NCBI GenBank assembly: GCA_041658885.1 | Contig: JBAZZJ010000002.1 | Location: 14,649 to 78,648, forward strand | From: Minisyncoccota bacterium | Lineage (GTDB): Bacteria > Patescibacteriota > Minisyncoccia > Phycocordibacterales > 21-14-all-36-13 | DNA length: 64,000 bases | Direction of reading: 5' to 3' | Shown: one piece after another, positions 51,496 to 60,683 of the stretch | Layout of the letters: every line of letters begins with the position of its first letter | Position numbering within the stretch: position 1 is the stretch's first letter | Notes under the pieces: model-generated | Told to the model about the DNA's origin: nothing | What the model saw: only the letters and a program-made list of their open reading frames with translations | The model's database searches: none | Position numbers and translations under genes: made by a program

Positions 51496-53484
51496 TTATA
51501 CAGCCAACACAACGGGAATTACTAACGGTTTTTTATCAGTCTGTTGAAGTAAAAATTTTCTTACACTATCTGTTATGTTTGTCTTTATGTAATCAAAGTT
51601 TATAGGGTATGAACCCGCGGTTGATTCCTCAACAACCTTTTTTATTATTAAGCGAGTTTGCTGAAGTAATTCTTGTGATTCTCGTAAATAAACGAAACCC
51701 CTTGAAATTATATCAGGAGATTTTCTTAATTTACCAGTTCGTGCATTTATTGTTGCCACAATAATAAATATACCATCTTCTGCGAGCAGTCGTCTGTCTC
51801 TTATAACAACATCTTGCATATTTCCAATTGAAAATCCGTCAACCATAACTGGGTCAGAAGGGGCTTTTTCTTTTCTCATACTAATTTTTTTGCCGTGTTC
51901 TGTTATTTCAATTACCGAACCGTTATCCGGAATCACTATATTACTTTTTGGTAGACCGAGACTCTCTGCAAGTTCTGCATGAATACGAAGCATAAAATGA
52001 TAACCATGAAGTGGGATAAAAAATCTATGCGGAATTTGTTTGTGTATCCATTCCAATTCCCCACGATTTCCATGCCCGCTTGCGTGAACGTCTGAATCAG
52101 CATAAGTTATTATTTTTGCATTTTGTCTATAAAGATTATCTTTAAGTCTCGTGATAGATCTTTCATTCCCTGGAATTGCAGATGCAGAAAACAAAATCGT
52201 ATCTGACGGTTCCAATTTTATAAATTTATGTGTTTTACTTGCGATTCTATCAAAAACAGAATATTCCTCACCTTGAGCTCCTGTTGCAATTACTACAACT
52301 TTATTTGAAGGATAATTTTTCATCTCTTCAATAGGAATAATGTTATCTAACTTTACCAAGTTAAGTAGGCGAACAATCTCTATGTTTGTTTTCATACTTC
52401 GCCCATCAATTACAACTTTTTTGTTATAATGTTGAGACATTTTTATAAATTCCATAATACGCTCAACTTGTGAAGCAAACGTTCCAATAATAAGTCGCCC
52501 CGGAACATTTTTCATTATTTCATTTATTGTTTCAATTACACGAGATTCAGGAATAGAAAACCCGGGTTTTTCAACGCTTGTAGAATCCATAGTTAACAAA
52601 AGCATCTCCTCGTTTTTAAATTGCGCGTAGCGTTTAATTTCCTTTTCAGTAGGGACTCCATTTATATGTTCCAGCCTCACGTCTTCTATAAATGCAATTT
52701 TGCCGACAGGTGTTTCTATAATTAATCCCATTGAATCTGGTATTGCGTGTGAAATAGCAAAGAAACTTATTTTAAAATGTTTCCCGATTGTCATTGTTTC
52801 GTCACCTTGAATTATATTCATATTCAAAGTAGGTAAGTCAGGAAATTCTGCTTGTCTTTTTTCTATTGTATATGCGCCAAATTGTCTTGAATAAATAGGC
52901 GGATTTCCAATTCTATCTACTATATAGGGGATAGCCCCAATATGGTCGTAGTGTCCGTGTGTTATGAAAATGGCCTTTATTTTTTTCTTCATTTTTTCCA
53001 AATATGAAATGTTTGGAAGAAGAAAATCTATACCAGGCGTTTCTGCCTCACTAAATTGAAAACCACAATCAACAACAATTATATCGTCCCCATATTCAAT
53101 AACCGTCATGTTTTTTCCAATCTCTTCAACCCCACCAAGAGGAACAATTCTAAGAACCCCGTCTTTTATTGGCGGAACACGACTCTCGCTGGTTATATTT
53201 TTATTCTTTTGGCTTTGTTCAAAGTTTGATTCAAAAACAGTATCTTCAAAACCTTCATTATAGACCTTTCTTTTTTCAGGAATTTTAATTTTTCTTTCCG
53301 TCTTTTTGTTATGTTTTGTTTTTAAATACGCGGGTGTGAAAGTATCTTTTTCTACGACGCTCCCTGTAATATCAGGAAGAAGATGCGTTACTTCTCTCTT
53401 ATCTTTATTTTTTGAAGAAGAAAAATGTCTATGAAAATTTTTTCCGCCTCGTTTTCTATTTTTATTTTTTTGTTCGTCGTTCAT
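51496..53484 (-). CDS. rnj: ribonuclease J with an about 100-aa basic N-terminal extension
   Basis: LRIVPLGGVEEIGKNM, FITHGHYDHIGAIPY and SGHGNRGEL (beta-CASP). Confidence 0.9.
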   Translation of the reverse strand: MNDEQKNKNRKRGGKNFHRHFSSSKNKDKREVTHLLPDITGSVVEKDTFTPAYLKTKHNKKTERKIKIPEKRKVYNEGFEDTVFESNFEQSQKNKNITSESRVPPIKDGVLRIVPLGGVEEIGKNMTVIEYGDDIIVVDCGFQFSEAETPGIDFLLPNISYLEKMKKKIKAIFITHGHYDHIGAIPYIVDRIGNPPIYSRQFGAYTIEKRQAEFPDLPTLNMNIIQGDETMTIGKHFKISFFAISHAIPDSMGLIIETPVGKIAFIEDVRLEHINGVPTEKEIKRYAQFKNEEMLLLTMDSTSVEKPGFSIPESRVIETINEIMKNVPGRLIIGTFASQVERIMEFIKMSQHYNKKVVIDGRSMKTNIEIVRLLNLVKLDNIIPIEEMKNYPSNKVVVIATGAQGEEYSVFDRIASKTHKFIKLEPSDTILFSASAIPGNERSITRLKDNLYRQNAKIITYADSDVHASGHGNRGELEWIHKQIPHRFFIPLHGYHFMLRIHAELAESLGLPKSNIVIPDNGSVIEITEHGKKISMRKEKAPSDPVMVDGFSIGNMQDVVIRDRRLLAEDGIFIIVATINARTGKLRKSPDIISRGFVYLRESQELLQQTRLIIKKVVEESTAGSYPINFDYIKTNITDSVRKFLLQQTDKKPLVIPVVLAV

Positions 53485-53654
53485 CCTGTTAGAAATTGAA
53501 AAATTTGTTTAAGACTTTTCAATCCATAATTTTAACTTATAATTTTTGAATTTGTATTGTAAATATTAAACGCCAGATTAAAACAGAAAATATTAAGGGT
53601 TAAAATGCTCTCCCAGAGATTTTCAAATATGGATGAAAATCTGGCACTACTCTT

Positions 53655-53677
53655 AAAAACCTCTCCCAGAGGTTTTT
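53655..53677 (-). terminator. intrinsic terminator (bidirectional shape)
   Basis: AAAAACCTCT-CCC-AGAGGTTTTT, just past the stop of 53681-55435. Confidence 0.7.
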
Positions 53678-53680
53678 AAG

Positions 53681-55435
53681 TTAATTTACAAATATATTCC
53701 AAACTCTTTGCGTGTTTACATACCACCTGTGAACATCTAAAAATCTTTCAGCTGAAGTTGTAACAACACCCAATTCAATGCCTTTGAGGTTTTTAGGTAT
53801 TACATATATAAAATCTGGAGAATAAAGAAAGATTGCAGGTGTATCTTTCTTTATCTCTTCTATGAATTGAATATATTTTTCGTACTTTTCTTTCTCGTCG
53901 GAATTTTTTCTTATGTCTTCAAGAATTTTATCTATTTTTACATTTGTATATGAAGCAATGTTAAGTCCGGGGTCGTTTCTTTGAGATGAATGCCAAAATG
54001 CAAATAAATCCATATCTCTTCCAACTATTTCTCCAAAGAGTAACGCGTCATATTTTCTAGGTCTTATAATTTCCTGATTTAAATTATTTGTTTCAAAAAA
54101 TTGTAAGTTTACCTTTGCTCCTATTTCAGATAATCTTTTTTGAATTATTATTGCAGTATTTTTAAGTTCGGGAATATTTGAAGTAGAAATGGTAAATTCA
54201 AGATATTCCACCTTCTTGCCTTTTTTCTTTGCTCTTACACCAGCCTTTTCATCAAATTTCCATCCGTTTTTTTCTAATATTTCTATGGCCGTGATGATTC
54301 TTTCTTTCTCGGTTAACAGACTTTCTGATTGATAGTCAGAATTTTTAAATCTGATTGATCCCGGTGGTATTGGGTTATTTGCGACCTCTCCATAGTTATT
54401 TAAAATTTCTTTAACAATATATTTTTTATCAATTGCAATATCTATGGCCTGTCTCACTTCTTTATTTATAAATATTTGTGCTTGGTTTTGGTTAAAAAAT
54501 ATTCCAAACACCCTTGGTAGAGGATATGTCTCTATTCTATTACCAGCATCTTTTAATTCTTTTGCTACAACGGTTGAAATTGTATTTATAGAGTCAATAG
54601 AATTTTTCTCATATGCTTTTATAAGAGCCTCTTCATTTGAATAAAATTTAATTTCTATATCGGAAATAAAAGGTTCCCCCAAAGAATAATTTTTAAAAGG
54701 TTCAAGAATATAACTTTCAGAAATACCAGCCGAGTTTCTACTAATGCTTTTAATTTTATAAGGGCCAGAACCAATGGGCTCAACATTAAATTTACTAAAC
54801 ACAAACTGTTCAGAATCTATTCCTGACCAAATATGTTTTGGTAATATTCCAAGTGTCGTATTTTCCAAAAACGGTGAGTAGGGCTGTTTAAGGGTAAATT
54901 TAATTTCTTTTTCTCCTATTTTTTCAACACTTACTCCATCCCAGGCTGCTCTTTTTGGGCTTTTTATTATATTGTCTAAACCTTTTTGTATTGTAAATAA
55001 AACATCGTCAGCCGTAACCGGCGTGTCATCATGAAAAATTGCGTCGTTTCTTATTTTGAATATATAAATTAAACCATCTTCTGAAATACTATAACTTTCA
55101 GCCAAATCTTTTATTATTCTTCCGTCTGGCGTTGCTTTCATTAAGCCAGAATATAAAAGTATAGAAAGGTCTCTATCAGCGTCAGAAATTGCTAATACTG
55201 GATTTATAAAACGCGGGAATCCTATAACTCCTTCAACTATTTTTCCACCACTTACAGGAACCTCTGTTGATATGTGGTCGTTTATTTTCCAAAGTATAGA
55301 TATTGTGCTTAAAGAAAGTAAAACAGCAAAAAAATAAAAAATCAATTTTTCTATAAAAGAGAAAGATTGAAATGTTTTTGTTAGTTTTTCAATAAGAGGA
55401 ACATCAAAACTTTTTCTAAGATCTATTTTAGACAT
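53681..55435 (-). CDS. ABC transporter substrate-binding protein, family 5 (peptide/nickel type), membrane anchored
   Basis: 584 aa with an N-terminal TM helix, IGSGPYKIKS, and SBP_bac_5-like organisation. Confidence 0.75.
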   Translation of the reverse strand: MSKIDLRKSFDVPLIEKLTKTFQSFSFIEKLIFYFFAVLLSLSTISILWKINDHISTEVPVSGGKIVEGVIGFPRFINPVLAISDADRDLSILLYSGLMKATPDGRIIKDLAESYSISEDGLIYIFKIRNDAIFHDDTPVTADDVLFTIQKGLDNIIKSPKRAAWDGVSVEKIGEKEIKFTLKQPYSPFLENTTLGILPKHIWSGIDSEQFVFSKFNVEPIGSGPYKIKSISRNSAGISESYILEPFKNYSLGEPFISDIEIKFYSNEEALIKAYEKNSIDSINTISTVVAKELKDAGNRIETYPLPRVFGIFFNQNQAQIFINKEVRQAIDIAIDKKYIVKEILNNYGEVANNPIPPGSIRFKNSDYQSESLLTEKERIITAIEILEKNGWKFDEKAGVRAKKKGKKVEYLEFTISTSNIPELKNTAIIIQKRLSEIGAKVNLQFFETNNLNQEIIRPRKYDALLFGEIVGRDMDLFAFWHSSQRNDPGLNIASYTNVKIDKILEDIRKNSDEKEKYEKYIQFIEEIKKDTPAIFLYSPDFIYVIPKNLKGIELGVVTTSAERFLDVHRWYVNTQRVWNIFVN

Positions 55436-55502
55436 ACGTTATTTGAGTAGAGTGACTCTGTAGAGTTTTATTAGATTTAATTTTAGGTGCAAAAGATTAT
55501 TA

Positions 55503-55736
55503 CTAAAGAGTAAGAGACAAGAGAGCGGTAATTATAAATAGAATAGCTATTATTATAGAACCATTAAATAATATTTTCTCAAAACCTCTTCTTGTATGTT
55601 GCATTCCACCAGCATCATTACCACCACCAAAAACAGAACCAAGAGTGGCGTCCGACTGTTGCATTAATATTCCGATTACCAACAAAACAGATAATACTAT
55701 TTGTATGTAAGGTAATATATTTACTAAAGATTCCAT
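55503..55736 (-). CDS. secG: preprotein translocase subunit SecG
   Basis: MESLVNILPYIQIVLSVLLVIGILMQQSDATLGSVFGGG...RRGFEKIL. The internal ATG at 55736 is preferred to the track start. Confidence 0.8.
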   Translation of the reverse strand: MESLVNILPYIQIVLSVLLVIGILMQQSDATLGSVFGGGNDAGGMQHTRRGFEKILFNGSIIIAILFIITALLSLTL

Positions 55737-55772
55737 TTCAAAACATGATATCACAATAATAAAAATTAAACA

Positions 55773-55872
55773 ATCCCCCACTTTTGCACCAGAAAACAAA
55801 TTTAAGGTGCGTTTTGTTTAATAGTTTAAAGTCAAATTTCATGTAGAATTCTAAGATTAAAAAAGTGGGGGA
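55773..55872. repeat. hairpin element in the secG-groES divergent region
   Basis: TCCCCCACTTTT (55773-55784) is the perfect reverse complement of AAAAGTGGGGGA (55861-55872). Confidence 0.65.
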
Positions 55873-55877
55873 TAAAT

Positions 55878-55906
55878 TTGACATTTGACAAAAATACAAA
55901 TATAAT
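55878..55906 (+). promoter_or_regulatory. consensus sigma70 promoter of groESL
   Basis: TTGACA, 17 nt, TATAAT. A second overlapping TTGACA lies 7 nt downstream. Confidence 0.6.
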
Positions 55907-55967
55907 CTTATATAATATACAATAATCATTTAAAAGGTCTTTTTAATAACAAAAAAGGTTTTAATTC

Positions 55968-56026
55968 ACTCCGTGAAATATGATGCTTTAGCATCATAAA
56001 AACTAAAGTTTTTTATTTCACAGGGT
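55968..56026 (+). ncRNA. three-way-junction RNA motif, family B copy 2, in the groES 5' leader (candidate translational control element / RNA thermometer)
   Basis: Closing stem ACTCCGTGAAAT / ATTTCACAGGGT encloses TGATGC-TTTA-GCATCA and AAAAAC-TAAA-GTTTTT. The GGG of the 3' arm lies 8 nt before the groES ATG. Confidence 0.5.
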
Positions 56027-56033
56027 AAAAAAC

Positions 56034-56399
56034 ATGTCTAAGAAAAACAAAAAAGTTATTCCTACGGAAAAATTATCAAAAAAGGACAAAGTAAGTAAAA
56101 ATTCAGAAATTATTCCTTTGTCTGATAGGGTTTTAATTAAAGAACTTAATCAAGATGAAAAAGACAGAAAAACGAGTTCTGGAATAATAATTCCTGATTC
56201 TGTTCATGAAGACAAAGGATCAAAAAAGGGGAAAGTTGTTGCTGTTGGAGAAGGAAAATACGAAGATGGAAAATTGGTTCCAATGAAAGTAAAAATTGGA
56301 GACATTGTTTTATTTTCTTGGGGAGATGAAATAAAAATTGATGGAGAAGAATATCAAATCGTAAATGAATCAAGCATACTCGCAATCTTAAAATCATAA
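56034..56399 (+). CDS. groES: co-chaperonin GroES with an about 27-aa Lys-rich N-terminal extension
   Basis: IIPLSDRVLIKELNQDEKDRKTSSGIIIPDS...GKVVAVGEG...GDIVLF. Confidence 0.9.
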   Translation: MSKKNKKVIPTEKLSKKDKVSKNSEIIPLSDRVLIKELNQDEKDRKTSSGIIIPDSVHEDKGSKKGKVVAVGEGKYEDGKLVPMKVKIGDIVLFSWGDEIKIDGEEYQIVNESSILAILKS

Positions 56400-56438
56400 A
56401 AACATAAAATCATAAAATCATAAAATCAAAAAACCAAA
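56391..56438. repeat. 8-nt tandem repeat overlapping the groES stop
   Basis: aaatcata aaaacata aaatcata aaatcata aaatcaaa aaaccaaa. Confidence 0.8.
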
Positions 56439-56459
56439 AATTATTAATTCAATTTTTAA

Positions 56460-58100
<1,641 letters not shown>

Positions 58101-58110
58101 AAAGCAAGAA

Positions 58111-58142
58111 AAAAGTTCAGATTTTAAAATCTGAACTTTTTT
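58111..58142 (+). terminator. intrinsic terminator of groESL
   Basis: AAAAGTTCAGATTT-taa-AATCTGAACTTTT followed by TT. Confidence 0.85.
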
Positions 58143-58193
58143 GTTATAATACCTACATTATAAAATAATTTATCTGCGTTTAGTCTGCGCTCG

Positions 58194-58306
58194 CCCCGTT
58201 AGAAATTTGGTAGAAAATATAAATTTAATAAATAAAGAAAGCCGTTAGGCGATTTCGTTTTCATAAACTATTGAAAGTATATAATCTTAATGAACTTCTA
58301 ACGGGG
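58194..58306. repeat. inverted-repeat element, family C copy 4
   Basis: CCCCGTTAGAAATT ... GAACTTCTAACGGGG. The interior AAAGCCGTTAGGCGATTTCGTTTTC matches copy 2. Confidence 0.7.
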
Positions 58307-58335
58307 TAAATCCGCATTCTAATCCGCGTCTTTAT

Positions 58336-58923
58336 ATGGAACAAGAAAAAACATTTGTACAAAAAAATTTGTGGCAGATTATATTAATAGTTGTTGTAGT
58401 TGCAATAATCGGTTGGGGAATTTCAAAGTACAATTCTTTTGTTGTAATGAACGAAGGAATTACTTCACAGTGGTCTCAAGTTGAAAATCAATATCAGAGA
58501 AGATTTGATTTAATCCCCAATATAGTTAATACGGTAAAAGGCGTTGCCGGACAGGAACAAAAAGTTTTTGGCGACATTGCAGAAGCACGAACAAGATATA
58601 GCGGAGCAGTATCAACAGATGAAAAAGCACAAGCCGCTAGTCAAGTTGAATCAGCTCTCGGAAGACTTTTAGTAATAGCTGAAAATTATCCTGTTCTACA
58701 ATCATCACAAGCTTATAGAGATTTAATAGTTTCTCTTGAGGGAACAGAAAACAGAATTTCAGTTGAGAGAATGAAATATAATGATATGGTCAAAGTTCTC
58801 AATGCAGGTATAAAAGTATTTCCGTCATCAATTATCGCTGGAATTTTTGGAGTAGCTGAAAGAACTTATTTTGAAGTACCAGAAGAAAATCAAGTAGTGC
58901 CAAAGGTTGATTTTACAGAGTAA
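58336..58923 (+). CDS. lemA: LemA family protein
   Basis: N-terminal TM helix, QWSQVENQYQRRFDLIPNIVNTVKG and ENYPVLQSSQAYRDL. Confidence 0.9.
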   Translation: MEQEKTFVQKNLWQIILIVVVVAIIGWGISKYNSFVVMNEGITSQWSQVENQYQRRFDLIPNIVNTVKGVAGQEQKVFGDIAEARTRYSGAVSTDEKAQAASQVESALGRLLVIAENYPVLQSSQAYRDLIVSLEGTENRISVERMKYNDMVKVLNAGIKVFPSSIIAGIFGVAERTYFEVPEENQVVPKVDFTE

Positions 58924-58925
58924 AA

Positions 58926-59312
58926 ATGCACAAAGATTTTGATAGTTGGAATAATCAGAAAAAATCTATTCATTCAGATGGTGAAAATAAGTTTTATCAT
59001 TCTCGCGAGATGTGGTGGTGTTCTCTCGGTGTTAATGTTGGATTTGAACAAGATGGAACCGGCGAAGAAAATCAACGGCCTGTTCTGATTCTTAAGGGTT
59101 TTAATAAAAATGTTTGTCTGATAGTTCCATTGACAACATCACACAAAAAGAACATTTATAATATTTCTGTTGGAGTAGTAGACAAGAAAAAAGCTTTCGC
59201 TATAATTTCACAGATTAGATTAATTGATACAAAAAGATTAGCAAATAAAATAGGAATGTTAGATAAAACTCAGTTTGAGACAATTAAAAAAGCTGTCAAG
59301 GATTTAATCTGA
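58926..59312 (+). CDS. PemK/MazF-like toxin domain protein with no adjacent protein antitoxin gene
   Basis: FDSWNNQKKSIH...REMWWCSLGVNVGFEQDG...QRPVLILKGFNKNVCLIVPLTT...ISQIRLIDTKRL. Confidence 0.65.
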   Translation: MHKDFDSWNNQKKSIHSDGENKFYHSREMWWCSLGVNVGFEQDGTGEENQRPVLILKGFNKNVCLIVPLTTSHKKNIYNISVGVVDKKKAFAIISQIRLIDTKRLANKIGMLDKTQFETIKKAVKDLI

Positions 59313-59330
59313 CAGTTTTTAATTTTTCTT

Positions 59331-59370
59331 CCCCTCAATAAAGAGGGGACAAGCCCGAAGGCATTTGTGC
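59331..59370 (+). ncRNA. conserved structured element 3' of the MazF-like gene
   Basis: CCCCTC-aataaa-GAGGGG, then GCC-CGAA-GGC, then CATTTGT. Both stems covary with 12177-12215. Confidence 0.4.
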
Positions 59371-59406
59371 AAGCATTATATCACAAATTAATTTAAAAAG
59401 TCAATA

Positions 59407-60303
59407 ATGAATATTAATTACAAAAAATTATCAATCGTGGCTTTATTCCTAACTATTTTACCACTCGTTTCTTGGGCTTTTGTTGTGCCTGAAAAACCAT
59501 CCAGTTTTGTTTCTGATTACGCTGGTATGTTGAAGCCGGACGAAAAAACAATTTTGGAAAATAAACTTTCGGAACTTGAAAAACAAACAACAAATGAAAT
59601 TGGAGTTGTAATAATAAAATCATTGGGCGGAGATACAATAGAAAATGTTGCGCAAGAAATTTTTACTCAATGGGGGATTGGAAAGAAAGAAAAAAATAAC
59701 GGAGTTCTTCTTTTGATTTCTCTTGATGACAGACAAACCCGTATACACACAGGCTATGGGGTTGAACCTTATCTTACAGATATAGGAACTTCTTATATTC
59801 AAAGTGATGTTATTACGCCGGCGTTCAAACAAGGAAATTATTTTGGTGGGATAGATGGGGCTGTTGATAAAATGATTGAAGCACTTGGTGGCCAACAAAT
59901 AATTCCTGAAGGATATTCTGAAAATTCTGACGGACCAAAACTCAATTTTAATTTTATTTTTTTTATACTGATAATTTCTCAATGGATTATAGCTGTTCTT
60001 GCTAGGTCAAAATCGTGGTGGGCAGGAGGAATTTTCGGGGGGGCTGTTGGCCTCGTAATCACATTCTTTTTTGTTGGTCTTACTTTGATTGCAATACCAA
60101 TAATTCTTTTCTTCACTGGGTTTGGATTGTTTCTGGATTTTATAGTTTCCCGCGCATACGAAAAATTTAAAAGGGGTGGAGGAACTCCTCCGTGGTTTTT
60201 AGGTGGCGGAGGATTTGGAGGAGGAAGTGGACACGGAGGCGGTGGCTTCAGTGGTTTTGGTGGAGGAATGTCTGGAGGAGGTGGGTCAAGCGGAAGGTGG
60301 TAG
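59407..60303 (+). CDS. TPM-domain (YgcG-like) membrane protein with a Gly-rich tail
   Basis: FVSDYAGMLKPDEKTILENKLSELEKQTTNEIGVVII, WGIGKKEKNNGVLLLISLDDRQTRIHTGYG, then TM helices and a GGGGFGGGSGHGGGG tail. Confidence 0.85.
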   Translation: MNINYKKLSIVALFLTILPLVSWAFVVPEKPSSFVSDYAGMLKPDEKTILENKLSELEKQTTNEIGVVIIKSLGGDTIENVAQEIFTQWGIGKKEKNNGVLLLISLDDRQTRIHTGYGVEPYLTDIGTSYIQSDVITPAFKQGNYFGGIDGAVDKMIEALGGQQIIPEGYSENSDGPKLNFNFIFFILIISQWIIAVLARSKSWWAGGIFGGAVGLVITFFFVGLTLIAIPIILFFTGFGLFLDFIVSRAYEKFKRGGGTPPWFLGGGGFGGGSGHGGGGFSGFGGGMSGGGGSSGRW

Positions 60304-60365
60304 ATTTCAATCTTAAAGCTCAAATCTCAAATCTAAAATCTGTAGAAAATTGAAATATTAAATAT

Positions 60366-60451
60366 GGAGAGGTGGCAGAGTGGTCCCCAGTATCATCAGC
60401 CTTTGACTGAGCTACCTGCCTACCGTAGGCAGGCGGAGCAGGCTAATGCAC
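60366..60451 (+). pseudogene. tRNA-Ser 5' fragment split by a 58-nt insertion
   Basis: GGAGAGGTGGCAGAGTGGT (60366-60384) and CTAATGCAC (60443-60451) are identical to nt 1-28 of the intact tRNA-Ser. The downstream sequence cannot form anticodon or T arms or a matching acceptor strand. Confidence 0.6.
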
Positions 60452-60515
60452 AAGATTGTTCCCAATTTGTTCAAGAGCGTAGCGATTGAATACAAATCGC
60501 AATCCCCCATATGGC

Positions 60516-60605
60516 GGAGAGGTGGCAGAGTGGTCTAATGCACATGCTTGGAGAGCATGAGTTCGGGAAACCGGACCGCAGGTTCAAATCCTGTCCTCTC
60601 CGCCA
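60516..60605 (+). tRNA. tRNA-Ser (anticodon GGA), class II, CCA encoded
   Basis: Acceptor GGAGAGG/CCTCTCC, 3-bp D stem, anticodon stem CATGC/GCATG with loop TTGGAGA, long variable arm GTTCGG-GAAA-CCGGAC, T loop TTCAAAT, G73, CCA. Confidence 0.85.
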
Positions 60606-60611
60606 TGTGGG

Positions 60612-60669
60612 GGAGAGAGCATGGGTCCATTAACGCGGATTGCAGGTTTAAATCCCATACCTTCCGCAA
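60612..60669 (+). pseudogene. degenerate tRNA-Ser 3' half (anticodon loop to 3' end)
   Basis: GAGAGCATGGGTCCATTAACGCGGATTGCAGGTTTAAATCCCATACCTTCCGCA aligns with GAGAGCATGAGTTCGGGAAACCGGACCGCAGGTTCAAATCCTGTCCTCTCCGCC of the intact gene. The T stem no longer pairs. Confidence 0.6.
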
Positions 60670-60683
60670 CGATTTTTTAAAAA

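Noticed and set aside
55907-56033. CIRCE/HrcA operator upstream of groES.
   Set aside because: No TTAGCACTC-N9-GAGTGCTAA-like inverted repeat is present. The only TTAGCA is part of a hairpin in the family B element.
60366-60510. Intron-containing or otherwise unusual functional tRNA upstream of tRNA-Ser.
   Set aside because: After removing the 58-nt insert, the remaining sequence forms a tetraloop hairpin instead of a 7-nt anticodon loop. It has no TTC-type T loop and no 3' strand complementary to GGAGAGG.
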